Source: an uncultured virus (IMG/VR IMGVR_UViG_3300024297_000002)
Lineage: Duplodnaviria; Heunggongvirae; Uroviricota; Caudoviricetes
Strand: one strand, 5' to 3'
DNA length: 64,000 bases
Virus record (IMG/VR): IMGVR_UViG_3300024297_000002
In this document: positions 31,059-38,751 of the stretch, one piece after another
Layout: every line of letters begins with the position of its first letter
Numbering within the stretch: the first letter of the stretch is position 1
The notes under the pieces: generated by a model
Seen by the model: only the letters and a program-made list of their open reading frames with translations
The model's database searches: none
What the model was told of the DNA's origin: nothing
Translations under genes and position numbers: made by a program

Positions 31059-31250
31059 ATGTCAGAAACACATGAACAGATCATGACTGAGATTCAAACT
31101 TACTCTGAAGAGAATCAAAAATTCACAGAGAAAGGTGTTAAAGCAAGTGCCACAAGAGCAAGAAAGGCATTAGCATCTCTTTCAAAATTGATCAAAGCAA
31201 GAAGAAAAGAAATTCAAGAAGTTAAAAACGCGGCAAAGACAGCGGCGTAA
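31059..31250 (+). CDS. Histone H1-like (Hc1 family) small basic DNA-binding protein
   Basis: KF.EKGVKASATRARKAL..L.KL.K.RRKEIQE.KN matches the Hc1 N-terminal pattern; AAGGA SD. Confidence 0.75.
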   Translation: MSETHEQIMTEIQTYSEENQKFTEKGVKASATRARKALASLSKLIKARRKEIQEVKNAAKTAA

Positions 31251-31273
31251 TTTTTAATTATTGAGATCTCATT

Positions 31274-31308
31274 AAAGCCTGTGCAATTATGTTGTGCAGG
31301 CTTTTTTT
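31274..31308. terminator. Intrinsic, probably bidirectional terminator between convergent genes
   Basis: AAAGCCTGTGCAAT-tat-GTTGTGCAGGCTTTTTTT. Confidence 0.75.
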
Positions 31309-31741
31309 ACGACTCGAGAATACCTTTGCTTTTTTTCTCTCTGATAATTCCAGATCCGTGTATTCGCACTCTGATATGACCGTTGTAATAATCATCAGTC
31401 TCAAGAACTTTACGTGCAAATTGTTCTCTGGCTTCTATGTAGGATAGTTCTGCTCTGGATTTACAATAAAAAAGTATTTCTCGTGTAAATTTGTCTTTAC
31501 CAAGTTTTTGGACATCTTCGGTCAAAGCATCACTTGAACCAAAATACTCTTTCCAATCTGATTCCACTGTATATCTGCGTTTGTTGACTCTCCCTTTTAA
31601 CGGAGGTCTTGCTTTTTTGAACTCTGCTAACTTTTTACCAATATATTTCCTACCATTAGTTGTATTTGTGATCTGATACACGAACCCAACTACACCTTCT
31701 GGTACTTCATCTACTATTTCTTCTTTGTATGTCCACTGCAT
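31307..31741 (-). CDS. GIY-YIG endonuclease (Seg-like, catalytic domain only); probable start MQWTY at 31741
   Basis: GFVYQITNTTNGRKYIGKK...Y.GSS...F.REIL...L.Y.E...Q......YYN; TAAATA box 5 nt upstream of the ATG at 31741. Confidence 0.85.
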   Translation of the reverse strand: MQWTYKEEIVDEVPEGVVGFVYQITNTTNGRKYIGKKLAEFKKARPPLKGRVNKRRYTVESDWKEYFGSSDALTEDVQKLGKDKFTREILFYCKSRAELSYIEAREQFARKVLETDDYYNGHIRVRIHGSGIIREKKSKGILES

Positions 31742-31764
31742 ACTACTATTTAAAGCCAAAAAGA

Positions 31765-31793
31765 TTGACCTGTAAAAATGTTTATGTTATATA
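31765..31793 (+). promoter_or_regulatory. Sigma70-type promoter pointing into the non-coding structured locus
   Basis: TTGACC-N17-TATATA, with TG at the extended -10 position. Confidence 0.6.
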
Positions 31794-31799
31794 CAAGTG

Positions 31800-32222
31800 A
31801 TAGGCAACACAGCAAATTAAAATTTCTCATAGGCAAATATAGCATCTTCGTACATAAGGGAGTTACGGTGTAACAACACAGGCGAATCCCATGATGCAAA
31901 CAGCAAAAAATGATGAGGCTCTTAGAAAAAGATAAACCTCAGGTTTACCAAATACTATTGTGTAAGGGTTTGGTAGGCTCGCGTTGGATGAATGAGTTAA
32001 CGGGTACAGCACAACCGCCCGGCGAAAGCAACGATACACAATGACTACGATACTCGCCACAGATTATCAAAGTTAGTTCGGCTAGAAATAGCCGAATTAT
32101 GACTACTCATCTGCCACAGAATACGCAACACTAGAAGTTGCGTTAAAAGTTATTTTCGAGATTGCGTAAATTAGAAGTAAACTGAGCGTAAGCGAAAGTT
32201 TAGATGTCTTTAGACATCTTTT
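31800..32222 (+). ncRNA. Candidate large structured ncRNA (or RNA-primed origin locus)
   Basis: No credible ORF; at least eight stems, GNRA loops and G-U pairs favouring the + strand; 8-9 bp loop-to-downstream pseudoknot; internal direct repeats; upstream promoter; ends in a hairpin followed by T4. Confidence 0.6.
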
Positions 32223-32233
32223 AGTTGATGTGA

Positions 32234-32638
32234 TTACTCTTCTTCGTCGTCAACTTTGTTATACTTTTCAGATAGTACTGACTTTAATTCCGGTTCTTCT
32301 GATTCTTCAATATTGGAAACATCCTCATCAGTTAATTCTACTTCCTTATCCGGTTCAAAATCTTTGATTTTTTCTTTTGCGAGTTTTAATACTTCTTCCA
32401 TGGTTTCCAGTTTTGCTTTTAGTGTGGCGACCTTAAGTTTTAGTTCCTCGTTTTCCTGTTTTACGCCCGCGGCGTGTTTGCCGACATGGTCTACGTCTCT
32501 GGTAGCATTTTCTAATCGTATGAGTATCTGCTTGTTACGACTCTCTTTTTGAGAAACTGCCTGATGTAGGTGTTCCTTTTCAAGTGTTAGGTCTTTGATT
32601 GTATTTTTAAGTTCTAGGACTAGATCGCTGGTCGACAT
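32234..32638 (-). CDS. Coiled-coil protein with acidic C-terminus, unknown function
   Basis: Heptad-rich 134-aa ORF; TAAATA box 9 nt upstream. Confidence 0.6.
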   Translation of the reverse strand: MSTSDLVLELKNTIKDLTLEKEHLHQAVSQKESRNKQILIRLENATRDVDHVGKHAAGVKQENEELKLKVATLKAKLETMEEVLKLAKEKIKDFEPDKEVELTDEDVSNIEESEEPELKSVLSEKYNKVDDEEE

Positions 32639-32688
32639 ATGTTCATTTATTTAAAGAGGTCTGTGTTCCATTATAGTATACTATAATT

Positions 32689-32910
32689 CTAAAAAAATGG
32701 TTGTCCGGTTTTCTTGGCAGTTTCCAAGTTCTCTTTTATTATGTCTGCAATAATTTTTCTCTCCTCTACAGAAAGGTTTAGAGATTCTTGCCATGTCACG
32801 CCTCCTCGCATATACCAGCATATTTTAAGCAGTTCGTGTTTGATGTTTTTGGATTCATTTTCTAGATCCTTGAAATATGATAAAATGTCAGACTCCGTGA
32901 GTGTCAGCAA
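32689..32910 (-). CDS. Tail/baseplate assembly chaperone C-terminal ORF (gp51/gpT-like), probably reached by -1 frameshift
   Basis: CWYMRGGVTW.E...L..EER pattern; no ATG or SD; lies in the -1 frame of the upstream gene beyond a slippery site. Confidence 0.6.
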   Translation of the reverse strand: MLTLTESDILSYFKDLENESKNIKHELLKICWYMRGGVTWQESLNLSVEERKIIADIIKENLETAKKTGQPFF

Positions 32911-32912
32911 CT

Positions 32913-33770
32913 TTATCCGAAAAAATTTGCGTTATCAAACGTGATAGGTACTTGGTATGTTGCCGGTGCACCTTTCTTAATTTGCTCTTCTGTAGATTTT
33001 GCAGTCATGGGTTTCAATGAACCCTGCTGTCTTATTTTGACCAATGCGGCTTCTAACTCCTGAACCAATTTTGCATCTGCGTTCTCGATGAATTCACTTA
33101 TCTGTGCTGAATCAGATACTTCTTCACCGGCCGGTAGAGTTATTGTTTCAATGTTAGACAACAGCAATCTCGAATTCAGTTCTGTCAGTGTTTTAAAACT
33201 TTCATTGAACATTTTTGCCTTGTCTTCGTCTTTCAGTGTTGATGAATTGACCTGCATATATTTTCTTTGCTGTTCAAATGTTTTTAATTGTGTGTCAGTC
33301 ATCATTTTGTAAGTCAACGGTTTTACTTTTATTTTCATTCCGTTTGCCAATGTTGCTTCTTCCATGATTTTTGTGTTGTGTATCGTCTCAAGCATAGAGG
33401 GTAAGTTAACTGAATGATTGGTTGGTTCATTTATTAGTGGTACCTGGGTGCTCACTTCCATGCTTTCACCGTAACCTGCAATTCTGATTGCGATCAACAC
33501 AGTGTCCACATCATAGTTCACAAGTCTCCATGGGTCCTTGATATCAGGAATGCATGATTTGATCACATCCACTGTGGATTGTCCACTCATCATAGAATCC
33601 GGTGTCTTGAATGCTAGATCATCCTTGGCTGTCATGGGCAATACTGCGTGTTCGCCTGTTTCGGATGGTGTTACTATGTCATCGGAATAGTACTTTCCGC
33701 CAGATGGGAATTTTATATAGATTGCCGGCTGTCTATAAAATTTTGTTAAAGGGTTTGTTTTTTCTTCCAT
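32913..33770 (-). CDS. Baseplate hub / tail assembly chaperone (gp26-like)
   Basis: NPL..FYRQP.IY...PSGG.YY; V.PMTA.D....KTPD....G.....VI.SC.P; D.D..LIAIRIA.YGE; ends FD.ANFFG; adjacent to the tape measure. Confidence 0.7.
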   Translation of the reverse strand: MEEKTNPLTKFYRQPAIYIKFPSGGKYYSDDIVTPSETGEHAVLPMTAKDDLAFKTPDSMMSGQSTVDVIKSCIPDIKDPWRLVNYDVDTVLIAIRIAGYGESMEVSTQVPLINEPTNHSVNLPSMLETIHNTKIMEEATLANGMKIKVKPLTYKMMTDTQLKTFEQQRKYMQVNSSTLKDEDKAKMFNESFKTLTELNSRLLLSNIETITLPAGEEVSDSAQISEFIENADAKLVQELEAALVKIRQQGSLKPMTAKSTEEQIKKGAPATYQVPITFDNANFFG

Positions 33771-33780
33771 TTTTTTCTTC

Positions 33781-33821
33781 TATAAATATACTTTGTTAAC
33801 GTATGTATGTCTATATTTATG
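33781..33821. promoter_or_regulatory. Overlapping divergent late promoters
   Basis: TATAAATA on + (33781-33788) toward the tape measure; CATAAATA on - (33814-33821) toward the chaperone. Confidence 0.6.
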
Positions 33822-33847
33822 TGCGTATATAATGGTGGTATTAAACT

Positions 33848-36025
33848 ATGGATGAAACACAACTAAAACAGATGCTCAATGAGGCTTTCAGCACCGCTGA
33901 CCTCAAAAAGTTCAGGCAGGAGTTGGATAGATCCACAAAAGCATCTAAAGGAATTTCGGCAGAAGAGAAGAAATCACTGGAAAAACTGCTTAAAAGCAGA
34001 GAAGAATTAATAAAAGCATCAAACAATCTACAAGGGCACTTTGGCAAGTTCGGTAAACGAATGGGTATGTCAGAGACCATGGCATTCAAGTTTGGTAGAG
34101 CCGCAGAAACCACAGCAGGATTTACTGGTAAACTTGGATCGGCGATATATCAAGGCACAGGCCAAATACAAGACTTCACTAACACCCTAAAGGAGTTTGG
34201 TCCTATAGGAGAAATGTTTGCCAGAGTAGGTAGTGTTGTTGGATCTAGTCTGGATATGTACAGAACTCTGTCCGATGTTGGAGCATCGTTCAGCCAGAAT
34301 TTAATCACCATGAGAGAAACTGCCGCTCGAGCAGGATTACCCTTGGAAGATTTTGCAAACATGGTTGGAAAAAATTCAGAAGAACTCGCAAAACTTTTTG
34401 GAACAACATCTCAAGGTGCAGTACAATTTTCAAATCTTTCGAAAGCATTGAGGTCAACATACATTGAAGACCTTGCACCACTAGGACTTACAGTTGAACA
34501 GTTAAATGAACAACTACTAACATCATTTACACTTAATCGAAGATCAGGAATGTTCCAGCAGATGGACGATGCTCAAAGAATTGCCGCAGGTGCATCACTG
34601 ATCAAACAAATGGACAGGTTAGCAAAACTAACTGGTCAACAGAGAGATGCTCTTGCTGACGAAATGGAAGCACAACTTTCTAATGCTAGATTTTTAGCGG
34701 CACTAGGAGATATGTCTCCGGCTATCAGAGAACAAACACAATTATTTGCGGCCGGTATTGGTACTATTGCACCTGAACTATCAACAGGATTGCAAGACCT
34801 AATAGCAACAAGTGGAGTACCAGTTACTCAAGCGGCACAAGATCTTGTTAAAACTATTCCTGGTGCAACCGACATCATTAAACAATTAGAATCAGGTGGT
34901 ATTGATAATGTTGAAGCGATGAGACTATTAAAAATTGAAGCAATGAAATCTGAAGAGATGTTTAGAGATGTTGCAAAAACCGGTCAAGTAGAATTCATTG
35001 ATGGAATGTTTGTTGGAGTAAACAAATTAGCAACCTCTGTGTTGGATACTACTGCGGCAACAGATGAACAAAGAGAAGCGGCAAATAAACTTACACAAGA
35101 ATTAACAGAATTTCAAAACGCATCTAAAAATCTTTCAAGTGCATTCCAAGGAACTGAAACAAGTTTCTTAAAATTTATTGGAAACTTTTTAGGAACTGGT
35201 GTTGGATCACTTAACGATACAATGAATGGTCTTGCAGAAGACATTAAAAAAATGGGTGAAGGAACCCAAACTGCTTTATACGCCGCTAAAGAAATTGTAA
35301 CAACCGCTGGCAGTATGTTAAGAGAAACTGCACCTATCACGGCAGGAACTTATGCCGCATTAAAACTTTGGGCACCTTTAGGACCTGGAGGAATGGGTGG
35401 TGGTGGTTTTGGCAAAGGATTAAAGAATGTTGCCAAGGTAGGCGGTGGAGCAGTAGGTCTTAGTACCATGGCCATGGGAGGCAACATAGCAGACCAGGCA
35501 GATTCAACAGCCGGCAAAGCATTAGGAGTAGGATCAAGTGCGGCCGGTGGTGCATTGACAGGCGCCATGATAGGATCTGTTGTTCCAGTTGTTGGTACAG
35601 CAGTAGGTGCCGCGATAGGCGGAATACTAGGAGGAGTTTACGGATTGTTCAGAGCATCTGATTACGATGATATGGCCGCTGAAAAACTTGGATTGAACGG
35701 AAAAGCCAGAGGAACAGTAGGAACAACCGGTAATTTAAGAGAAATTAATGATAATTTGTCCACGATTCATGCAGGTGAAAGAGTACTAACCAAAGCAGAA
35801 ACAGATTCTTACCTTTCCAGCCAAGCAACCGGTGGTGACAACACAGCATTATTGTCAATGAATACTACATTTAATGCCATGAATACTAAAATGACAGCAG
35901 TCGTTAACGAAATGAAAACATTTAATAAGAACGTAAATACGTTGGTAAGTATTGACACAGATATTGCAAGAAATACAGATAAAACACAAAGAAGACTTGC
36001 AAACCAGAGTGAAAGTATTGTATAA
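33848..36025 (+). CDS. Tail tape measure protein
   Basis: Ala/Gln-rich helical protein (L..LAKLTG.QR); Gly-zipper hydrophobic segment GALTGAMIGSVVPVVGTAVGAAIGG; IHAGERVL motif; adjacent to the chaperone. Confidence 0.75.
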   Translation: MDETQLKQMLNEAFSTADLKKFRQELDRSTKASKGISAEEKKSLEKLLKSREELIKASNNLQGHFGKFGKRMGMSETMAFKFGRAAETTAGFTGKLGSAIYQGTGQIQDFTNTLKEFGPIGEMFARVGSVVGSSLDMYRTLSDVGASFSQNLITMRETAARAGLPLEDFANMVGKNSEELAKLFGTTSQGAVQFSNLSKALRSTYIEDLAPLGLTVEQLNEQLLTSFTLNRRSGMFQQMDDAQRIAAGASLIKQMDRLAKLTGQQRDALADEMEAQLSNARFLAALGDMSPAIREQTQLFAAGIGTIAPELSTGLQDLIATSGVPVTQAAQDLVKTIPGATDIIKQLESGGIDNVEAMRLLKIEAMKSEEMFRDVAKTGQVEFIDGMFVGVNKLATSVLDTTAATDEQREAANKLTQELTEFQNASKNLSSAFQGTETSFLKFIGNFLGTGVGSLNDTMNGLAEDIKKMGEGTQTALYAAKEIVTTAGSMLRETAPITAGTYAALKLWAPLGPGGMGGGGFGKGLKNVAKVGGGAVGLSTMAMGGNIADQADSTAGKALGVGSSAAGGALTGAMIGSVVPVVGTAVGAAIGGILGGVYGLFRASDYDDMAAEKLGLNGKARGTVGTTGNLREINDNLSTIHAGERVLTKAETDSYLSSQATGGDNTALLSMNTTFNAMNTKMTAVVNEMKTFNKNVNTLVSIDTDIARNTDKTQRRLANQSESIV

Positions 36026-36031
36026 TAAGTT

Positions 36032-37759
36032 ATGGCTTGGAAAAAATATTTTAAAGACGCGAACCTTTCTCCTATATCAGGAGACAATAGACCAAATTTT
36101 GCGAAGAGAAATTATTCTTCGTATCTACCCGATGTATATACAGGACATCCAAACAGAATTCAAAGATATTTTCAATATGATCAAATGGATTCAGATTCAG
36201 AAATCAATGCGGCACTAGACATACTTGCAGAATTCTGCTCACAAAAAAATACAGAGAACGAAACACCATTCGACATTGTGTTCAAGGACGAAGTTACTAG
36301 TCATGAAGTTAAACTTTTAAAGAAAGCACTTCAGCAATGGACAAAAGCAAATCAGTTCTCAAAAAGAATTTTTAGAATTTTTAGAAATGCATTGAAGTAT
36401 GGAGATTGTTTCTTTGTCAGAGATCCTGAAACAAACAAATGGCTTTACATCGACAATGCAAAAGTTGACAGAATTGTTGTTAACGAGTCAGATGGCAAGA
36501 AGCCTGAGCAGTATGTCATTAGAGATATCAATCCAAACCTACAAAGATTAAGTGCAACATCAATAACACCTAACCAAGTTTATGGTGGCGGTGGAACAAC
36601 TGGTGGTACCGGTAGTCAACAATATGCAGGAGCAGGACAAGGATCTAACATGACCAATGCCTCAACTGCCGCGGCTGGTGGTAGATTTTACAGAACAATG
36701 AATCAATACAGCATTAATGCAGAAAATGTTGTTCATTTAACAATGTCAGATGGACTAGACAACTTATTTCCGTTTGGACAGTCTGTATTAGAACAGGTAT
36801 TCAAAGTTTACAAACAAAAAGAATTATTAGAAGACGCAATAATCATTTACAGAGTACAAAGAGCACCTGAAAGAAGAGTGTTCTACATCGACGTAGGTAA
36901 TATGCCAACACACTTGGCGATGCAATTCGTTGAGAGAGTCAAGAATGAGATCAACCAAAGAAGAATTCCAAGCACATCGGGTGGTGTTAACTATGTTGAC
37001 GCAACATATAACCCTATGTCAATAAACGAAGATTATTTCTTTCCACAGACAGCAGAAGGAAGAGGATCTAAAGTTGACACACTGCCGGGTGGTACAAACC
37101 TCGGTGAGATAGATGACTTGAGATTCTTCACAAACAAACTGTTTAGAGGTCTAAGAATACCAAGTTCTTATCTTCCAACAGGTGCGGAAGATGGCGGACA
37201 ACAGTACAATGACGGTAGAGTTGGAACTGCATACATTCAAGAATTAAGATTTAACAAATATTGTATGAGATTACAATCAATGTTGTCACCTACATTTGAT
37301 AATGAATTTAAAATTTGGGTTAAAAACAAAGGTTACAATTTAGATAACGGTATGTTTGAAATTAAATTCAATCCACCACAAAACTTTGCGGCATATAGAC
37401 AGACAGAAATGGATCAAGCAAGAGTAAACACATTTACAGCAGTTGCAGATCTACCTTACATGAGTAAAAGATTTGCGTTAAGTAGATATCTTGGTCTTTC
37501 TGAAGAAGAAATGGCAAGAAATGCTGATCTTTGGGCAGAAGAAAATGCAGTATCACAAAAATCACAAACTAAATCAACACAATTAAGAAGCGGCGGAGTT
37601 TCACAAGCAGGAATATCAAGTGATCTAGATCAGTTTGAAGAACCAGAAGCACCAGATGGAGCACCACCACCGGAAGGAGAAACACCCGGCTCTAGTGGCA
37701 CAGGTGGAGGAACACCGGGAGGAACACCTCCTACTCCAGGCGGAACAAACACATTATAA
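36032..37759 (+). CDS. gp20: Portal protein gp20
   Basis: Y..MD.D.EI.AALDI; LLEDAIIIYRVQRAPERRVFYIDVGNMP; EDYFFP...GRGSKVDTLPGG.NLGEIDD..FF..KL.RGLRIP. Confidence 0.95.
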   Translation: MAWKKYFKDANLSPISGDNRPNFAKRNYSSYLPDVYTGHPNRIQRYFQYDQMDSDSEINAALDILAEFCSQKNTENETPFDIVFKDEVTSHEVKLLKKALQQWTKANQFSKRIFRIFRNALKYGDCFFVRDPETNKWLYIDNAKVDRIVVNESDGKKPEQYVIRDINPNLQRLSATSITPNQVYGGGGTTGGTGSQQYAGAGQGSNMTNASTAAAGGRFYRTMNQYSINAENVVHLTMSDGLDNLFPFGQSVLEQVFKVYKQKELLEDAIIIYRVQRAPERRVFYIDVGNMPTHLAMQFVERVKNEINQRRIPSTSGGVNYVDATYNPMSINEDYFFPQTAEGRGSKVDTLPGGTNLGEIDDLRFFTNKLFRGLRIPSSYLPTGAEDGGQQYNDGRVGTAYIQELRFNKYCMRLQSMLSPTFDNEFKIWVKNKGYNLDNGMFEIKFNPPQNFAAYRQTEMDQARVNTFTAVADLPYMSKRFALSRYLGLSEEEMARNADLWAEENAVSQKSQTKSTQLRSGGVSQAGISSDLDQFEEPEAPDGAPPPEGETPGSSGTGGGTPGGTPPTPGGTNTL

Positions 37760-37774
37760 GGTTAAATATAGAAA

Positions 37775-38011
37775 ATGAAACTATTTGAATTCTTTAGATA
37801 CGGTGAAGACGGCTTTGAGCAGGATAAAAATTACAATCCTGAACAAGATATTTCTATATTGGATAAAGCAGACACCAGAAAAACAAGACTTTCACTTAAA
37901 GATATCAAAGATATTAGATTATCTGCAGAAGAGCATGATGCTCAACAGCATGAAGAAGCCATCTTCGTTCAGAAGATGTATGGAGCACCACCAACAGAAG
38001 ATACATTATAA
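37775..38011 (+). CDS. Small head-module protein
   Basis: DTRKTRL.L..I...R......QKMYG; own TAAATA box; follows the portal gene. Confidence 0.65.
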   Translation: MKLFEFFRYGEDGFEQDKNYNPEQDISILDKADTRKTRLSLKDIKDIRLSAEEHDAQQHEEAIFVQKMYGAPPTEDTL

Positions 38012-38016
38012 GTGTA

Positions 38017-38631
38017 ATGGAAGTTGCATTTGTACTAGGTAATGGAGAGTCTCGAAAAGGCATCCAGATCGAGGAATTAAAGAAAATAGGCAAAGTGTTT
38101 GCCTGTAATGGAGTCTATCGTTCCGATACTCCTGACGTATTGGTTGCAGTTGACCCTAAAATGCTGTTGGAAATAGCAGAAAATGACTACATGGACAACA
38201 ATGTAGTATGGTCAAACTATAATGCTATGTACGAAAAGCACTCTAAGATAATGGAAAAGGTACAATTCTTTCAACCATCGTTAGGTTGGTCATCGGGTCC
38301 TACTGCTTTAAAGTATGCGGCAGATCATAATCCAAAAACTATCTACATATTAGGTTTTGACTATCAAGGACACTCAGATAAGCAGAATAAAAAATTTAAT
38401 AACCTGTTTAAGGATACAAGGAACTATAAAAAATCTAATGAAGAAGCAACTTTCTTTGGCAACTGGATGAATCAGACCAAACGGGTCTTAAAAGACTATC
38501 CGAACATAGAATTTGTTAGAGTAACTCCAAAGGGATGGTTCCGTCCGAACGATTTGGAGTGGAATAAAAACATAAAGCACGTAGATATTGAAGAATTTCT
38601 ACGGATACATAGTTTACAACTAAGGTTTTAA
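38017..38631 (+). CDS. Maf/MptE-like (DUF115) putative glycosyltransferase-fold protein
   Basis: AFVLGNGESR, FACN..YR...PD.LVAVD, SSGPTAL..A, IYILGFD motifs. Confidence 0.6.
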   Translation: MEVAFVLGNGESRKGIQIEELKKIGKVFACNGVYRSDTPDVLVAVDPKMLLEIAENDYMDNNVVWSNYNAMYEKHSKIMEKVQFFQPSLGWSSGPTALKYAADHNPKTIYILGFDYQGHSDKQNKKFNNLFKDTRNYKKSNEEATFFGNWMNQTKRVLKDYPNIEFVRVTPKGWFRPNDLEWNKNIKHVDIEEFLRIHSLQLRF

Positions 38632-38751
38632 TCAAGACCTACCAAAAATCCACCGTTTTTGTCATAAAGAACACCCTAATTGCGACTTCCTTGTTAAATA
38701 TGTATTACTTAATTAAGTTTAATGCCGAAATTAAAAAGGAGCACGAGTCAT

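Noticed and set aside
31891..31935. Mini-ORF MMQTAKNDEALRKR resembling a tmRNA tag
   Set aside because: No C-terminal Ala-Ala-type degron and no tRNA-like acceptor stem, T-arm or CCA in the locus
31863..32060. 65-aa minus-strand ORF in the structured locus
   Set aside because: No SD or promoter, atypical composition; better explained as the antisense of a structured RNA
32081..32092. GCTAGAAATAGC, identical to part of the engineered Cas9 sgRNA scaffold
   Set aside because: A short stem with a GAAA loop; the rest of the scaffold and cas genes are absent, so it is coincidental
32041..32120. Possible CRISPR mini-array
   Set aside because: Only two imperfect, split repeats and no cas genes in the window
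31307..32222. Group I/II intron carrying the GIY-YIG gene
   Set aside because: No interrupted host gene; no recognisable P7/J8-7 or domain V motif; the nuclease is outside and divergent from the structured region
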